From contig WLOK01000003.1 in the NCBI GenBank assembly GCA_009699315.1, positions 1 to 53,995 on the forward strand: a stretch of 53,995 bases of DNA, written 5' to 3'. The notes under the pieces are model-generated. The model was given only the letters and a program-made list of their open reading frames with translations, made no database searches and was not told where the DNA came from. Both the position numbers and the translations under genes were made by a program. Source of the DNA: Actinomycetota bacterium (GTDB lineage: Bacteria; Actinomycetota; Actinomycetes; S36-B12). Of this stretch, positions 29,492 through 40,825 are shown in pieces (position 1 is the first letter of the stretch; the number at the start of each line of letters is the position of its first letter).

Positions 29492-30271
29492 CTACTTGGA
29501 GAACGCCGGACAGATTGCCTTGTGTGCGCACCAATCGCACAACCGGCTGGTCTTTGTGGGCCATTCATCAAGCTCGATGGCTCGTTCGATCGCCTCGTGT
29601 AGCGCCATGATTGTGCGCTCGATGGCGAGAAGATCCTCTTCGGTCGGCTCGTAGCGCACGATCTCGCCACTGCCCAGATAGAGCAGTTGCAGCATTTTCG
29701 GGATCTCCCCACGGATTCGCCACACGACCAGCGCGTAAAAACGCATCTGGAACAGCGCCTTGCCCTCGTAGGCAGGCTTAGGCGCCTTTCCGGTCTTGTA
29801 ATCGACGATGCGTATCGCGCCATCGGGCGCGATGTCGAGTCGATCCACATAGCCGCGCAAGACGAGACCTGACGCAGTCTCGGTGCGTACCTCAACTTCG
29901 CGCCCCTCTGGTTCGAGGCGTCGCGGATCCTCGAGTCGGAAATAGGCGTGAATCAGCGGTCGCGCTTCGTTGAGCCACGCTAAGACATTGGCCGAGGATG
30001 CGTCACCCCCGGGAACTGCGACGTCAAGAAGTGCCGGATCGTCAGCGAGCAAAGCGTCCCAAGCTTCTTCGATGAGTTCCACAACATTGTCCGGTGTGCG
30101 GTCGGGTGCCGGAAGGTCGAACATGCGCTCAAGGACCTCATGCACGAGGGTGCCCTTAAGAGCTGCGGCGCTGGGTGGCTCGGGAAGCCGGTCTATCGCG
30201 CGGTACTTGAACAATTGCGGGCACTGCATGAAGTCCTGGGCCCGAGACGGCGACAAAGAAGTGATCGACAT
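29492..30271 (-). CDS. RecB-family PD-(D/E)XK exonuclease with a Cas4-like Cys pattern
   Basis: LSPSR..DF.QCP, GTLVHEVLE, RGYVDRLD, IVDYKTG, Q..FY, LCDWC...ICP. Confidence 0.9.
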   Translation of the reverse strand: MSITSLSPSRAQDFMQCPQLFKYRAIDRLPEPPSAAALKGTLVHEVLERMFDLPAPDRTPDNVVELIEEAWDALLADDPALLDVAVPGGDASSANVLAWLNEARPLIHAYFRLEDPRRLEPEGREVEVRTETASGLVLRGYVDRLDIAPDGAIRIVDYKTGKAPKPAYEGKALFQMRFYALVVWRIRGEIPKMLQLLYLGSGEIVRYEPTEEDLLAIERTIMALHEAIERAIELDEWPTKTSRLCDWCAHKAICPAFSK

Positions 30272-30277
30272 GCGGGC

Positions 30278-30299
30278 AGGCTACGACCAAGGGCTGACA
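30278..30299 (-). promoter_or_regulatory. PafBC-type (RecA-NDp) promoter, leaderless, upstream of the RecB-family nuclease
   Basis: Minus strand reads TGTCAG-CCCTTGGTCG-TAGCCT-N6-ATG. Confidence 0.7.
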
Positions 30300-30327
30300 T
30301 ATGTGGGACCCCGGTAGCCTGTCGCGT

Positions 30328-31227
30328 GTGAGTAATGACGTGACCCCATTGAATCGACCGCGCGGCCCTTTCATGGAAGGTGACCTCGTGCAGTTGACTG
30401 ATCCCAAGGGGCGGATCCGGACAATCACGCTCAAGCCCGGCAAGACGTGGCACTCGCATAAAGGCGGCATCGAGCACGACAGTCTCATCGGACAGCCCGA
30501 GGGAATCGTGGTGACCACCGTCGGCGGAATTTCCTACCTCGCACAGCGCCCGCAACTACTCGACTTCGTGCTATCCATGCCACGTGGGGCGACAGTGGTC
30601 TACCCGAAGGATGCTGCTCGAATAGTGTCGCTCGCCGATCTTGAGCCTGGTGGCCGCGCACTTGAAGCAGGCGCTGGTTCAGGTGCACTGACGTGTTCCC
30701 TACTGCGCTCGGTGGGGTCGACCGGTTCAGTTTTGTCCTACGAGAGACGTGATGACTTCGCCGAAGTTGCTCGGAAAAACGTTGCCACATGGTTTGGAGC
30801 CGCGCCCACTCAGTGGGAACTACGTGTGGGAGATCTCCAAGAGGCCGAAATTGAGGCTGGGTCATTCGACGCCGTTGTGCTAGACATGCTGGCGCCATGG
30901 GAATGCCTCGACATAGCGGCGCGGGCGCTCCGCCCGGGTGGGGCATTCGTGGTCTACGTAGCCACAGCGACACAGCTCTCCCGCGTTGCTGAGGCCCTTC
31001 GGGCATCGGGGGAGTGGGCGGAGCCTCGGGCCGAGGAGTCACTAATCCGGACCTGGCACCTCGAGGGCCTCTCGGTTCGACCGGACCATCGCATGATTGC
31101 CCACACGGGCTTCTTAGTCGTGTCTCGCCGTTTGGCGCCCGGCACAGTTCTGCCGCTTCGGCGCACTCGGCCAGCCAAGGGCGCCTATGGAGAAGATTGG
31201 GAGCAAGCCGCGACCGAATTTTCGTGA
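30328..31227 (+). CDS. trmI: tRNA (adenine58-N1)-methyltransferase
   Basis: [33 protein letters not shown]. Confidence 0.93.
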   Translation: MSNDVTPLNRPRGPFMEGDLVQLTDPKGRIRTITLKPGKTWHSHKGGIEHDSLIGQPEGIVVTTVGGISYLAQRPQLLDFVLSMPRGATVVYPKDAARIVSLADLEPGGRALEAGAGSGALTCSLLRSVGSTGSVLSYERRDDFAEVARKNVATWFGAAPTQWELRVGDLQEAEIEAGSFDAVVLDMLAPWECLDIAARALRPGGAFVVYVATATQLSRVAEALRASGEWAEPRAEESLIRTWHLEGLSVRPDHRMIAHTGFLVVSRRLAPGTVLPLRRTRPAKGAYGEDWEQAATEFS

Positions 31228-31282
31228 TTGTGGCTCGCTGCGGCGTAGGGTCGAAGCAGATATGGTCGCAGCGGAGGTATTC

Positions 31283-32938
31283 ATGACTACGTCAGACGGC
31301 AATCCGTCGGGATTGAATCTTGAGGGCCGCTTGGCCGCCCTTCAGCGCGAGTATGTCGCCGAGAAGGAGCGCAACTCCCGGCTCGTGGAGACCTTGCGTG
31401 ACGCGCGCGATCAGATCGTCATCATGCGCGAGGAGATCGAACGCCTTGCTGAGCCTCCAGCTACCTACGGCGTTTTTTTGCAGTCGCATGGTGACTCCAT
31501 CGACATCAGCACGTCTGGGCGCAAGATGCGCGTCGGTGTAGCGCCCAATGTCGATATCTCCCTCTTGCTGCCCGGCCAAGAGGTCATGTTGAACGAGGCC
31601 TTCACCGTTGTAGAGGCGCTCTCCTTCGAACGCCATGGCGATGTCATGATGGTCAAAGAGATTCTCGAAGATGGCGACCGTGCTCTTGTGATCACCCACA
31701 GTGACGAAGAACGCATCGTTCGCCTAGCAGAGCCGCTCCGCGCAAAACTGCCGCGAGCTGGTGATTCGCTACTGACCGATAACCGCTCGGGTTACGCGTT
31801 TGAGATCATCCCAAAGTCCGAAGTAGAAGAGTTGGTGCTGGAAGAAGTTCCCGACATTGACTACACCGACATTGGCGGACTCGGGCGGCAGATCGAAATG
31901 ATCCGGGATGCCGTGGAACTGCCGTTCCTGCACCCGGAGCTATTTGCCGAGCACAAGCTCGCTGCGCCCAAGGGCATCTTGCTCTACGGTCCGCCCGGCT
32001 GCGGAAAGACGCTCATCGCTAAGGCCGTAGCCAATGGTCTAGCCAAGCATGTTGCGGCGAAGACAGGTCGCCCTGAAGGTCGGTCCTACTTCCTCAACAT
32101 CAAGGGCCCCGAACTCCTCAACAAATATGTCGGCGAGACCGAGCGGCATATTCGACTCATTTTCCAACGGGCGCGCGAGAAGGCATCGGAGGGCATGCCG
32201 GTCATCGTCTTCTTCGATGAGATGGACTCTTTGTTCCGCACCCGCGGGTCTGGCGTCTCCTCGGATGTCGAAAACACGATCGTGCCGCAGCTCCTCAGTG
32301 AGCTAGATGGCGTTGAGGCTCTCGAAAACGTGATTGTCATCGGAGCATCTAACCGCGAGGACATGATTGACCCGGCCATTCTTCGACCGGGTCGGCTCGA
32401 TGTGAAGATCAAGATCGAACGTCCCGATGCCGAGTCGGCGCGAGAGATCATGATGAAGTACCTCACACCCGACCTTCCGCTTCACAGTGACGATCTGCAG
32501 GAGCATGGCGGCAGCCCGGAGGCAACGTGTGTGTCGATGGTGCAGCGCACCATCGAGCGGATGTATTCCGATGGCGAAGAAAACCACTTCCTCGAAGTCA
32601 CGTATGCAGATGGCGATAAGGAAATTCTGTACTTCCGTGACTTCAATAGTGGTGCGATGATCGAGAACATCGTCGCTCGTGCAAAAAAGCTCGCCATCAA
32701 GGATTTCCTTGACTCTGGACAGCGTGGCATCCGGGTCAGTCATCTTCTCTCGTCCGCTGTTGATGAGTTCCGCGAAAACGAGGATCTGCCCAACACCACA
32801 AATCCCGATGACTGGGCGCGTATCTCTGGCAAGAAGGGCCAGCGCATTGTCTTCATCCGGACCCTGATTCACGGCAAGCAGGGCACCGAGGCGGGTCGAT
32901 CCATTGACTCCGTGACCAACACAGGTCAGTACTTGTAG
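31283..32938 (+). CDS. arc: Proteasome AAA ATPase
   Basis: N-terminal coiled coil, [21 protein letters not shown]-terminal GQYL. GGAGG before ATG 31283. Confidence 0.96.
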   Translation: MTTSDGNPSGLNLEGRLAALQREYVAEKERNSRLVETLRDARDQIVIMREEIERLAEPPATYGVFLQSHGDSIDISTSGRKMRVGVAPNVDISLLLPGQEVMLNEAFTVVEALSFERHGDVMMVKEILEDGDRALVITHSDEERIVRLAEPLRAKLPRAGDSLLTDNRSGYAFEIIPKSEVEELVLEEVPDIDYTDIGGLGRQIEMIRDAVELPFLHPELFAEHKLAAPKGILLYGPPGCGKTLIAKAVANGLAKHVAAKTGRPEGRSYFLNIKGPELLNKYVGETERHIRLIFQRAREKASEGMPVIVFFDEMDSLFRTRGSGVSSDVENTIVPQLLSELDGVEALENVIVIGASNREDMIDPAILRPGRLDVKIKIERPDAESAREIMMKYLTPDLPLHSDDLQEHGGSPEATCVSMVQRTIERMYSDGEENHFLEVTYADGDKEILYFRDFNSGAMIENIVARAKKLAIKDFLDSGQRGIRVSHLLSSAVDEFRENEDLPNTTNPDDWARISGKKGQRIVFIRTLIHGKQGTEAGRSIDSVTNTGQYL

Positions 32939-32940
32939 CA

Positions 32941-34455
32941 ATGAGCGTCCATCGGGTTATGGGCATCGAGACGGAGTACGGCATCTCCGTACCCGGGCAC
33001 CCTCACATCAACTCGATGCTGACGTCGTCGCAGGTGGTCAATGCGTACGCAGGTTTGACCGGGCTAGACAGAGCCGCCAAGGCAAGTTGGGTCTACGCGG
33101 ACGAATCACCGCTGCGTGACGCGCGTGGTTTTGACCTCAGCCGTTCCGATGCCGATCCCTCGCAACTGACCGATGACGATCATGGGCTGGCGAATCTCAT
33201 TCTGACGAATGGTGCGCGCTTCTACGTGGATCACGCACACCCCGAATACAGCACGCCAGAAGTCACTAATCCGCGCGATGCAGTTCTCTGGGACCGCGCT
33301 GGCATGGTCATCATGCAACGGTCCGCAACAGCAGCCTCCGCTCAACCGGGCGCATTGCCGATTCAGTTGTACAAGAACAACACCGACAACAAGGGTTCGT
33401 CTTATGGCTGTCATGAAAATTACCTCATGCAGCGGCGCACGTCGTTCGCTGAGATTGTGCGCACTCTCACTCCGTTCTTCATCACCCGGCAGATCATGTC
33501 TGGGTCCGGACGTGTTGGGCTCGGCCAAGAAGGGCGAAAGCATGGCTATCAGCTGAGCCAACGGGCCGACTTCTTCGAGGTGGAGGTGGGTCTTGAGACC
33601 ACGCTGAAGCGCCCGATCATCAACACCCGAGACGAGCCACATGCAGACCCTGAGCTATACCGACGATTACACGTCATCGTGGGAGATGCGAATCTCAGTG
33701 AATTCGCCACTTTCCTCAAGATGGGCACAACCGCATTGGTGCTAACGCTGATCGAAGATGGCATCGTCTTGCCGGACATCACACCGGAGAAGCCTGTTGC
33801 AACGATGCATGCTGTCTCGCACGATGTTTCACTGTCGAAGCCGTTCACCTTGCAGTCCGGCCGCCGTGTCACCGCTGTACAACTTCAATGGGAGTTCTTC
33901 GAGGCTGCAACCAAGCATTGCCAAGACAAGTACGGCACCACAATGGACGATCAAACCCGTGAAGTTCTCGACGCATGGGAGACCTTATTGAACGATCTCG
34001 AACGGGATCCGTTCAGCGCCGCTGATCGCGTCGACTGGGTCGCCAAACTCTCCCTGATGGAGGGTTACCGACGCCGTGACAATCTCGAGTGGAACTCACC
34101 GAGACTGCAATTAGTTGACCTGCAGTATTCGGACATTCGCCCAGATCGCGGTCTCGCTCAACTGCTCGAGGACCGGGGATCCTTGCGTCGACTCACCACC
34201 GCCAGCGACGTTGAGCAGGCGGTGAGCAGGCCACCTGAGGATACGCGCGCGTTTTTCCGCGGTGAGTGCATGCGACGGTTCACTGACTCGATCGCGGCCG
34301 CATCATGGGACTCGGTGATTTTTGATGTAGCGGGCCAGGATTCTCTAAAGCGCGTCCCCACCTTGGATCCGCTCAAAGGCACGCGGGCGCATGTCGGTCA
34401 CCTCCTTGATGAGGCCCAGTCGGCCGAGGATTTAATTCGACTTCTTCGCGACTGA
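32941..34455 (+). CDS. dop: Pup deamidase/depupylase
   Basis: [36 protein letters not shown]. Located between arc and pup. Confidence 0.94.
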   Translation: MSVHRVMGIETEYGISVPGHPHINSMLTSSQVVNAYAGLTGLDRAAKASWVYADESPLRDARGFDLSRSDADPSQLTDDDHGLANLILTNGARFYVDHAHPEYSTPEVTNPRDAVLWDRAGMVIMQRSATAASAQPGALPIQLYKNNTDNKGSSYGCHENYLMQRRTSFAEIVRTLTPFFITRQIMSGSGRVGLGQEGRKHGYQLSQRADFFEVEVGLETTLKRPIINTRDEPHADPELYRRLHVIVGDANLSEFATFLKMGTTALVLTLIEDGIVLPDITPEKPVATMHAVSHDVSLSKPFTLQSGRRVTAVQLQWEFFEAATKHCQDKYGTTMDDQTREVLDAWETLLNDLERDPFSAADRVDWVAKLSLMEGYRRRDNLEWNSPRLQLVDLQYSDIRPDRGLAQLLEDRGSLRRLTTASDVEQAVSRPPEDTRAFFRGECMRRFTDSIAAASWDSVIFDVAGQDSLKRVPTLDPLKGTRAHVGHLLDEAQSAEDLIRLLRD

Positions 34456-34505
34456 CAAGGGGCACTCCCGCGGTTGGCGATATAGGCTGAAGAAAAGGAG
34501 GAACC

Positions 34506-34688
34506 ATGAGCCAGGAACGCCAGCAGCGCGCGTCGACCCCCAGCCAGGTGGACGAGGACGCTACCGCCGCCCCCGTGCGCAATGATTTGTCTGCCGACGT
34601 CGACTCCATCCTCGATGAGATTGATGACGTGCTCGAGGAGAACGCCGAGGAGTTCGTCAAGTCCTTCGTGCAAAAGGGTGGCCAGTGA
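34506..34688 (+). CDS. pup: Prokaryotic ubiquitin-like protein Pup (GGQ type)
   Basis: [32 protein letters not shown] ribosome-binding site. Confidence 0.96.
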   Translation: MSQERQQRASTPSQVDEDATAAPVRNDLSADVDSILDEIDDVLEENAEEFVKSFVQKGGQ

Positions 34689-35503
34689 CCGACCTTTCCT
34701 CGTTCTCCGATTACCTGTCCCAAGCCGCGCCGCACCTACTGCCTGGGGCGCGTCTGACGGCAGATGATTCTGCGCGGATGGATGTCCCGCACGGCACCAC
34801 AATCGTCGCGCTTACGTGTGCAGGTGGCATCGTCATGGCCGGCGATCGACGGGCGACCATGGGCAATGTCATCGCACAACGCGACATCGAAAAGGTCTTC
34901 CGGGCTGATAGCCACTCAGTAGTCGGCATTGCCGGAGCGGCAGGCATCGCGATCGAACTCGTGCGCCTCTTCCAAGTGGAGCTTGAGCATTACGAAAAGA
35001 TCGAAGGCGTCCCGCTGAGCCTCGATGGCAAAGCAAATCGACTGGCCACCCTGTTACGAGCCAATCTTCCGCTCGCGATGCAGGGGCTGGCGGTTGTGCC
35101 TTTGTACGGTGGCTTCGACCAGATGCGTGGGCTCGGCCGCATCTTCTCCTACGACGTCACCGGCGGGCGCTACGAGGAACGCGATCACCATGCGGTCGGA
35201 TCTGGATCGCTGTTCGCGCGTGGGTCGTTGAAGAAATTGTTCAGTCCCAATCTCGACCGACACGACGCCATCCAGGTCGCGATAGAGGCGCTCTTCGACG
35301 CCGCCGATGACGACTCGGCGACGGGCGGCCCGGACCTCGCACGTCAGATCTACCCGGTTGTCGCCTTAGCCGATCGCGAAGGTGTGCACATCATTGGCGA
35401 TGACGAGCTCGTCCCTGTCATTCAATCCGTCGTTGATGCTCGACAAACGCGCCCCGATGGCCCCATCGCCCGAATTGGTCGCGCCAAGGGAGTTGACGCG
35501 TGA
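34685..35503 (+). CDS. prcB: 20S proteasome beta subunit
   Basis: Propeptide followed by HG/TTIVA catalytic Thr, [19 protein letters not shown]. Confidence 0.95.
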   Translation: MTDLSSFSDYLSQAAPHLLPGARLTADDSARMDVPHGTTIVALTCAGGIVMAGDRRATMGNVIAQRDIEKVFRADSHSVVGIAGAAGIAIELVRLFQVELEHYEKIEGVPLSLDGKANRLATLLRANLPLAMQGLAVVPLYGGFDQMRGLGRIFSYDVTGGRYEERDHHAVGSGSLFARGSLKKLFSPNLDRHDAIQVAIEALFDAADDDSATGGPDLARQIYPVVALADREGVHIIGDDELVPVIQSVVDARQTRPDGPIARIGRAKGVDA

Positions 35504-36198
35504 TGAGTAGCCCGTACTACGTGTCCCCAGAGCAATTCATGAAAGACCGCGCTGACTACGCGCGCAAAGGCATTGCTCGCGGACGTAGTGTCGTGGTGGT
35601 GCAGTACGAAGGTGGCATCCTTTTCGTGGCCGAGAATCCGTCGCGAGCGTTGCACAAAGTCTCAGAGATCTACGACCGCATCGCGTTCGCCGCGGTGGGC
35701 AAGTACAACGAGTTTGAGAGTCTGCGTGTTGCTGGCGTCCGACTCGCGGACATGCGTGGTTACGCCTACGCCCGCTCTGACGTGACTGTACGCAGTCTTG
35801 CTAACGCATATGCGCAGTCGTTGGGAGCAATCTTCACGGAAGGCCAAAAGCCACTCGAAGTCGAAATTGTGGTTGCAGAGGTTGGTGCGACCCCCGATCT
35901 GGACCAGATGTACCGGCTCACTTTTGACGGTTCTGTTGCGGACGAACAGCACTATGTCAGCATGGGTGGCTCATCTGAGTCAGTTAACAACTCCTTGCAA
36001 AGTTCCTGGCAGCCCCGCATGGATTTCGATGCGGCTCTACGTCTGGCCGTACAAGCACTCAGTTCCGAAGACAGTGAATCGACCTCGCGGACTCTCGTGC
36101 CCAGTCAGCTTGAGGTGGCCTATCTCGATCGCACCAAGCCCGGCCGTGCCTTTCAGCGCGTGAGCAGTGAAAGTCTCGCCGGGATAATCGCCGAATAG
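35503..36198 (+). CDS. prcA: 20S proteasome alpha subunit
   Basis: [36 protein letters not shown]. Confidence 0.95.
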   Translation: MSSPYYVSPEQFMKDRADYARKGIARGRSVVVVQYEGGILFVAENPSRALHKVSEIYDRIAFAAVGKYNEFESLRVAGVRLADMRGYAYARSDVTVRSLANAYAQSLGAIFTEGQKPLEVEIVVAEVGATPDLDQMYRLTFDGSVADEQHYVSMGGSSESVNNSLQSSWQPRMDFDAALRLAVQALSSEDSESTSRTLVPSQLEVAYLDRTKPGRAFQRVSSESLAGIIAE

Positions 36199-36205
36199 GC
36201 GCGAT

Positions 36206-37576
36206 ATGCAACGCCGCATTTTTGGGATTGAGACCGAGTATGGCGTCACGTGCACTTTTCGTGGCCAACGTCGTCTCAGCCCCGACGAGGTTGCCCGCTA
36301 CCTCTTCCGACGTGTGGTGTCGTGGGGTCGCAGCAGCAACGTGTTCCTCGGCAATGGTTCACGCCTTTACCTCGACGTAGGCAGTCACCCCGAATATGCG
36401 ACGGCCGAGTGTGATGACGTCGCCTCGCTCATTGCACATGACCGCGCGGGCGAACGTATTCTCGAAGGTCTCTTGCTGGATGCCGAGAGTCGGTTACATG
36501 AAGAGGGCATCGAAGGCGATATCTACCTTTTCAAGAACAACACCGACAGCGCAGGCAACTCCTATGGCTGCCACGAGAACTATCTCGTGGGTAGGCAGGG
36601 CGACTTCAGCAAACTTGCCGACACGCTGATCCCGTTTCTCATCTCGCGTCAGATCACGACCGGCGCAGGAAAGGTGCTGCAGACGCCCAGGGGAGCCGTG
36701 TATTGCGTGAGTCAGCGCGCGGACCATATCTGGGAAGGCGTGTCCTCGGCAACGACTCGTTCACGCCCCATCATCAATACGCGCGATGAACCCCATGCCG
36801 ACGCCGAGCTCTACCGTCGTCTTCACGTCATTGTGGGCGACTCCAATATGAGCGAAACCACCAACATGTTGAAGGTCGGATCAACTGACATCGTGTTGCG
36901 CATGTGCGAAGCAAATATCGTGATGCGGGATCTCACCCTTGCCAATCCCATTCGCGCTATCAGGGAGATTAGCCACGACATCACCGGTCAACAGACTGTG
37001 CTGCTGGCCAATGGGCGTGAACTTTCCGCGCTTCAGATGCAAAAGGAATACCTTGAGCGGGCGCTTGATTTTGCAGACCGCACGGATTTGCGCAGTGAAC
37101 CCGATTCCGTCCACGCTCGCGTGCTGGACCTGTGGGAGCGAACCCTCAACGCAATCGAGTCGGGCGACCTGAGCCCGGTCGAGCGCGAAATCGACTGGGT
37201 CATCAAGATGCGACTCCTAGACCGTTATCGCGAGCGGCACAATCTCGCTCTCGGCGACGCTCGGGTCGCGCAGATTGACATGGCGTACCACGATATTTCT
37301 CGGGATCGTGGGCTGTACTACCTGCTCGAACGCAAAGGCGCGGTCGTTCGCGTAGTCAATGACATGCGAATTTTGGAAGCCAAGTCGCTCGCTCCCCAGA
37401 CGACGCGGGCCCGACTGCGCGGGGAGTTCATCAAACGGGCACAGGAGAAGCACCGGGATTTCACGGTGGACTGGGTCCACCTCAAGCTCAATGACCAGGC
37501 CCAGCGAACGGTTCTTTGCAAGGACCCGTTCAAGGCCGTCGACGAACGTGTCGAAAGACTCATAGCCAGCATGTAG
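36206..37576 (+). CDS. pafA: Pup-protein ligase
   Basis: [52 protein letters not shown]. Confidence 0.95.
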   Translation: MQRRIFGIETEYGVTCTFRGQRRLSPDEVARYLFRRVVSWGRSSNVFLGNGSRLYLDVGSHPEYATAECDDVASLIAHDRAGERILEGLLLDAESRLHEEGIEGDIYLFKNNTDSAGNSYGCHENYLVGRQGDFSKLADTLIPFLISRQITTGAGKVLQTPRGAVYCVSQRADHIWEGVSSATTRSRPIINTRDEPHADAELYRRLHVIVGDSNMSETTNMLKVGSTDIVLRMCEANIVMRDLTLANPIRAIREISHDITGQQTVLLANGRELSALQMQKEYLERALDFADRTDLRSEPDSVHARVLDLWERTLNAIESGDLSPVEREIDWVIKMRLLDRYRERHNLALGDARVAQIDMAYHDISRDRGLYYLLERKGAVVRVVNDMRILEAKSLAPQTTRARLRGEFIKRAQEKHRDFTVDWVHLKLNDQAQRTVLCKDPFKAVDERVERLIASM

Positions 37577-37610
37577 CTGCTTCGGCCCGCACCTGCTCTA
37601 GGCTGTCGGC

Positions 37611-38237
37611 GTGCGCACACCTCTTCTGCTAGCTGTCCCAGTCGTCTTCGCCCTCAGCCTCGCTGCTTGTGGGAGTTCTTCATCGCCCGCAAGCTCGAGC
37701 GCCCCCACCTCGTCGTCGCCATCACCGACCAGCACCGTTGCAGCCAAGTGGATGACGACGGACTGCGCGGTAGGCGAGCCGGTACCCAGCGAAACGAGCG
37801 AGCTGTCGGAAACAGCGGGCGCCACAGGCATTCGAGTGAAGACAATCATCGACGCCTCCGTGGGAGGCGTCTTGCCCCCCGTGGTCGCCATCGAATCCGA
37901 CCTGGCTCCTGCCACAGATCTCATATCCATAGATTTGATCGTGGGTGCTGGTGACCCGGTCAAGCCGGGCGCGGCGGTGATGGTCAACTACTGCGGTCTT
38001 GGCCAGACAACCCGCACGATGTTCGATGCCTCGTGGATTCGCGGCGAGCCTCTGAGCTTTGGCCTCAATCAGGTAATTGCGGGCTGGACTGAAGGAATAC
38101 CAGGCATGAAGCCCGGTGGCCGTCGACTCTTGATTATCCCCGGTGCGCTCGCCTATGGTCCGAATCCGCCCACGAGCGCGATCCTGCCGAACGAGACTTT
38201 GATTTTTGTTGTTGACTTAATTTCTTCGGCCAAGTGA
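37611..38237 (+). CDS. FKBP-type peptidyl-prolyl isomerase, lipoprotein
   Basis: Lipobox LAAC, Ser/Pro linker, FKBP core (FDASW, VIAGWTEG, LAYG). Confidence 0.9.
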   Translation: MRTPLLLAVPVVFALSLAACGSSSSPASSSAPTSSSPSPTSTVAAKWMTTDCAVGEPVPSETSELSETAGATGIRVKTIIDASVGGVLPPVVAIESDLAPATDLISIDLIVGAGDPVKPGAAVMVNYCGLGQTTRTMFDASWIRGEPLSFGLNQVIAGWTEGIPGMKPGGRRLLIIPGALAYGPNPPTSAILPNETLIFVVDLISSAK

Positions 38238-38244
38238 GGTGAAC

Positions 38245-38601
38245 ATGGATAAGCCAGAGATTGAATTCATTGAAGGACCGGCTCCCACGGAGTTGCAGAT
38301 GATCGATCTTGTCATCGGAGACGGGCCGGAGTGCCCCGTAGGCGCCACGGTCGATGTGCACTATCTCGGCGTGGACTTTGCGACGGGGGAGGAGTTCGAC
38401 TCCTCGTGGAGTCGAGGCGAGTCCATCAACTTCCCGCTACCGCGTCTCATCGCGGGTTGGCAAGAAGGCATCCCCGGCATGAAGGTCGGGGGCCGTCGCC
38501 AGTTGGTCTGCCCGCCTGAATTGGCGTACGGCACCTCTGGTGGCCATCGTCTCTCCGGCTGCACACTCGTATTCGTGATTGACCTCCTCGGCGTCAGTTA
38601 G
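38245..38601 (+). CDS. FKBP-type peptidyl-prolyl isomerase, cytoplasmic
   Basis: VHYLGV, FDSSW, LIAGWQEG, MKVGGRR. Confidence 0.92.
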   Translation: MDKPEIEFIEGPAPTELQMIDLVIGDGPECPVGATVDVHYLGVDFATGEEFDSSWSRGESINFPLPRLIAGWQEGIPGMKVGGRRQLVCPPELAYGTSGGHRLSGCTLVFVIDLLGVS

Positions 38602-38609
38602 GCATCCGC

Positions 38610-39554
38610 GTGGCTGTCGATCGCACGGAGCGGCTACTCAATCTGGTGTTCTGCCTGATGGCCTCTCGCCGTGCGGTTCCTCGGTCGTTTATCCGCGCAA
38701 ACGTCACTGGTTATGGCGGCAGCGCCTCAGATGACGCCTTTGAGCGCATGTTCGAACGCGATAAAGACGAGTTGCGGGCGATGGGTATTCCGATCGAGAC
38801 AGTCATGTCCGGCGCTGAGGTCGAGGGCTACCGCATCACGCACGAGGACTATGCACTTGACGATCTTCGTTTCTCGCCGTCTGAGTTGAGTGTTTTGGCC
38901 GTAGCCGCACAGGTGTGGGAAACAGCCGCTCGACAACCAGCGGCCGCGACTGCGCTGCGCAAAATTGAAGCTCTCGACGGCAATGAGGGCGCAGGCAGTC
39001 TGCTGATCGGAGTCACGGGCGCCTCCGCAACATCCATGCCGGCCATCGTTCCGTTGTTGCGTGCCATTCGCCGCCGACAACGCGTGCGTTTCGACTACCG
39101 CAAACCCGATGCATCTGCGGCGGAGGCCCGCAAAGTGGAACCGTGGGCCTTGGTGGCCTGGCGTGGTGCGTGGTATCTCGTCGGTCTCGATGTGGATCGC
39201 ACATCACAAAGAGTCTTCCGCCTCTCGCGTATTGACGGCACAGTCACGGCATTTGGTGCAGATGACTCGTTCAGCATTCCGCGGGATACCGACCCGCGTT
39301 CGGCAGTAGGCGACTGGATCGGCGACTCACCCAATCGCACTGTCCAAGTTCAGGTGAGTCCAGGTGCTGGAGCATCCTTGCGATTGCGTGGATCCCTTGC
39401 TGGCGATGTTGTGTCAGTGACCTGCGCAGACGGACTTGACGTGGTGCCCGAGATTCTCTCTGCAGGTCCCGACGCGGTAGTGCTCGAACCTCGCGATGTG
39501 CGCGAGGTCGTCGTGCAACGCTTGCAGAACCTAATTGCGGAGCACACGCGATGA
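38610..39554 (+). CDS. pafB: HTH-WYL transcriptional activator PafB
   Basis: ERLLNL, FERMFERDKDELR, WYLVG, RVFRLSRI. Confidence 0.9.
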   Translation: MAVDRTERLLNLVFCLMASRRAVPRSFIRANVTGYGGSASDDAFERMFERDKDELRAMGIPIETVMSGAEVEGYRITHEDYALDDLRFSPSELSVLAVAAQVWETAARQPAAATALRKIEALDGNEGAGSLLIGVTGASATSMPAIVPLLRAIRRRQRVRFDYRKPDASAAEARKVEPWALVAWRGAWYLVGLDVDRTSQRVFRLSRIDGTVTAFGADDSFSIPRDTDPRSAVGDWIGDSPNRTVQVQVSPGAGASLRLRGSLAGDVVSVTCADGLDVVPEILSAGPDAVVLEPRDVREVVVQRLQNLIAEHTR

Positions 39555-40507
39555 CGCGCCCAGTGGCCGCACCCGAACGGCTGTCGCGCCTGCTGGCGCT
39601 GGTGCCCTGGCTCTCGGCACACGACGGCGTAACTGTGTCTGAGGCGGCCAGCCACTTTGGGGTCACGACCGAGGAATTGGTCGATGACCTCAATCTCTTG
39701 ATTTGCAGTGGCTTGCCCGGCTATGGCCCAGAACACCTCGTCGACATTCAGTTCTGGGACGAAGACGAGGAGATTCACGTACTCGATCCGCAAACCTTGA
39801 CCGCGCCCATGCGGCTCACGCCTGATGAAGTCACCGCGCTGCTTGTGGGGCTGCGGGTTCTCGCGCAGGTGCCTGGTGACCACGACCGTGACGCGCTGGT
39901 CACTGCCACCGCGAAACTCGAAAGAGCGGGTGGCGGGGCACTTGCCGCGGACTTGGTGGATATGCGCATCGCCAGCAGTGATCAAGCAGCTGCCGTTCTC
40001 GACGAGGCTATTGCTCAAGGTCTGAGCGTCCACATGACCTACGCGGGCATCACTCGCGAAGATGTCACCGAGCGCACCATCACGCCCATGCGGGTGCTGG
40101 TGGGTCAGGGCTATACCTACGTCGAAGCATGGTGTGACTTGGCGGAGGCCGTACGCACCTTCCGGCTCGACCGGATTCTCACCTGTTCGCTCGGCAGTCC
40201 ATCGGTCCCGCCCTCGGTGGAGACGCTCCACGACGAGCCCTCGGCCCAGACGAAGGTCGAGTTGGCCCTGCAGCCATCGGCTTCGTGGTTGGTCGAAGCT
40301 CACGGCGCGAGGTTGCTGGGTGAATCCGATGGAGTGCGCTCGGTCGAACTTATGGTCTCCGATCTGGAGTGGGCAGCCCGACTCGTCCTTAGCCTCGGGG
40401 GACAGGCGCGGGCTGTCTCCCCGGCCACCCTCGTGGATCGCGTTCTTGCGCTCGCGCGGGAGTCCCTGTCGGGCTACGGCGCATCCGCCACCGCTTGGGC
40501 CCCCTGA
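39551..40507 (+). CDS. pafC: HTH-WYL transcriptional activator PafC
   Basis: RLLALVPWL, GLPGYGPEHLVDI, YVEAWC, RTFRLDRI. Confidence 0.9.
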   Translation: MTRPVAAPERLSRLLALVPWLSAHDGVTVSEAASHFGVTTEELVDDLNLLICSGLPGYGPEHLVDIQFWDEDEEIHVLDPQTLTAPMRLTPDEVTALLVGLRVLAQVPGDHDRDALVTATAKLERAGGGALAADLVDMRIASSDQAAAVLDEAIAQGLSVHMTYAGITREDVTERTITPMRVLVGQGYTYVEAWCDLAEAVRTFRLDRILTCSLGSPSVPPSVETLHDEPSAQTKVELALQPSASWLVEAHGARLLGESDGVRSVELMVSDLEWAARLVLSLGGQARAVSPATLVDRVLALARESLSGYGASATAWAP

Positions 40508-40547
40508 GGGCGTAGGCTGACCCCACAACTCTTCGAGGAGGTAGGCA

Positions 40548-40823
40548 ATGCCAAAGCTCGGTGGCTGGGAATGGGTGATCCTGATCGCTCTCGTCCTGCT
40601 TCTGTTTGGCGCCAAGCGCCTTCCCGACGCAGCACGTGGACTAGGTCGCTCGCTACGTATCTTCAAGTCAGAGACCAAAGGCCTCATCGACGACGCGAAG
40701 TCTGAAGCAGCCGAACCAACGACACCTGCAGCGCCCCCTGCTGCTGTCGAGGCCCCCGCTCCTGTCGCAACCGAGGCAGCAGCGCCTCAAGCGGCAGCAG
40801 CACCGGAGCGCACTGAGTCCTGA
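40548..40823 (+). CDS. tatA: Twin-arginine translocase TatA
   Basis: [26 protein letters not shown]. Confidence 0.95.
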   Translation: MPKLGGWEWVILIALVLLLFGAKRLPDAARGLGRSLRIFKSETKGLIDDAKSEAAEPTTPAAPPAAVEAPAPVATEAAAPQAAAAPERTES

Positions 40824-40825
40824 GC

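Noticed and set aside
29492-30271. Cas4-like nuclease plus WYL genes as a possible CRISPR or defence system
   Set aside because: There is no repeat-spacer array or cas1/cas2 in the window. These are the conserved RecB-family nuclease and pafBC genes of the Pup-proteasome locus.
31283-40507. Pup-proteasome/PafBC locus as a novel system
   Set aside because: It is complete but canonical in content and order, and well described in actinobacteria.
39350-40687. 445-aa minus-strand ORF
   Set aside because: It lies antisense to pafB, pafC and tatA, is Arg/Gly-rich and motif-free, and is best explained as a shadow ORF.
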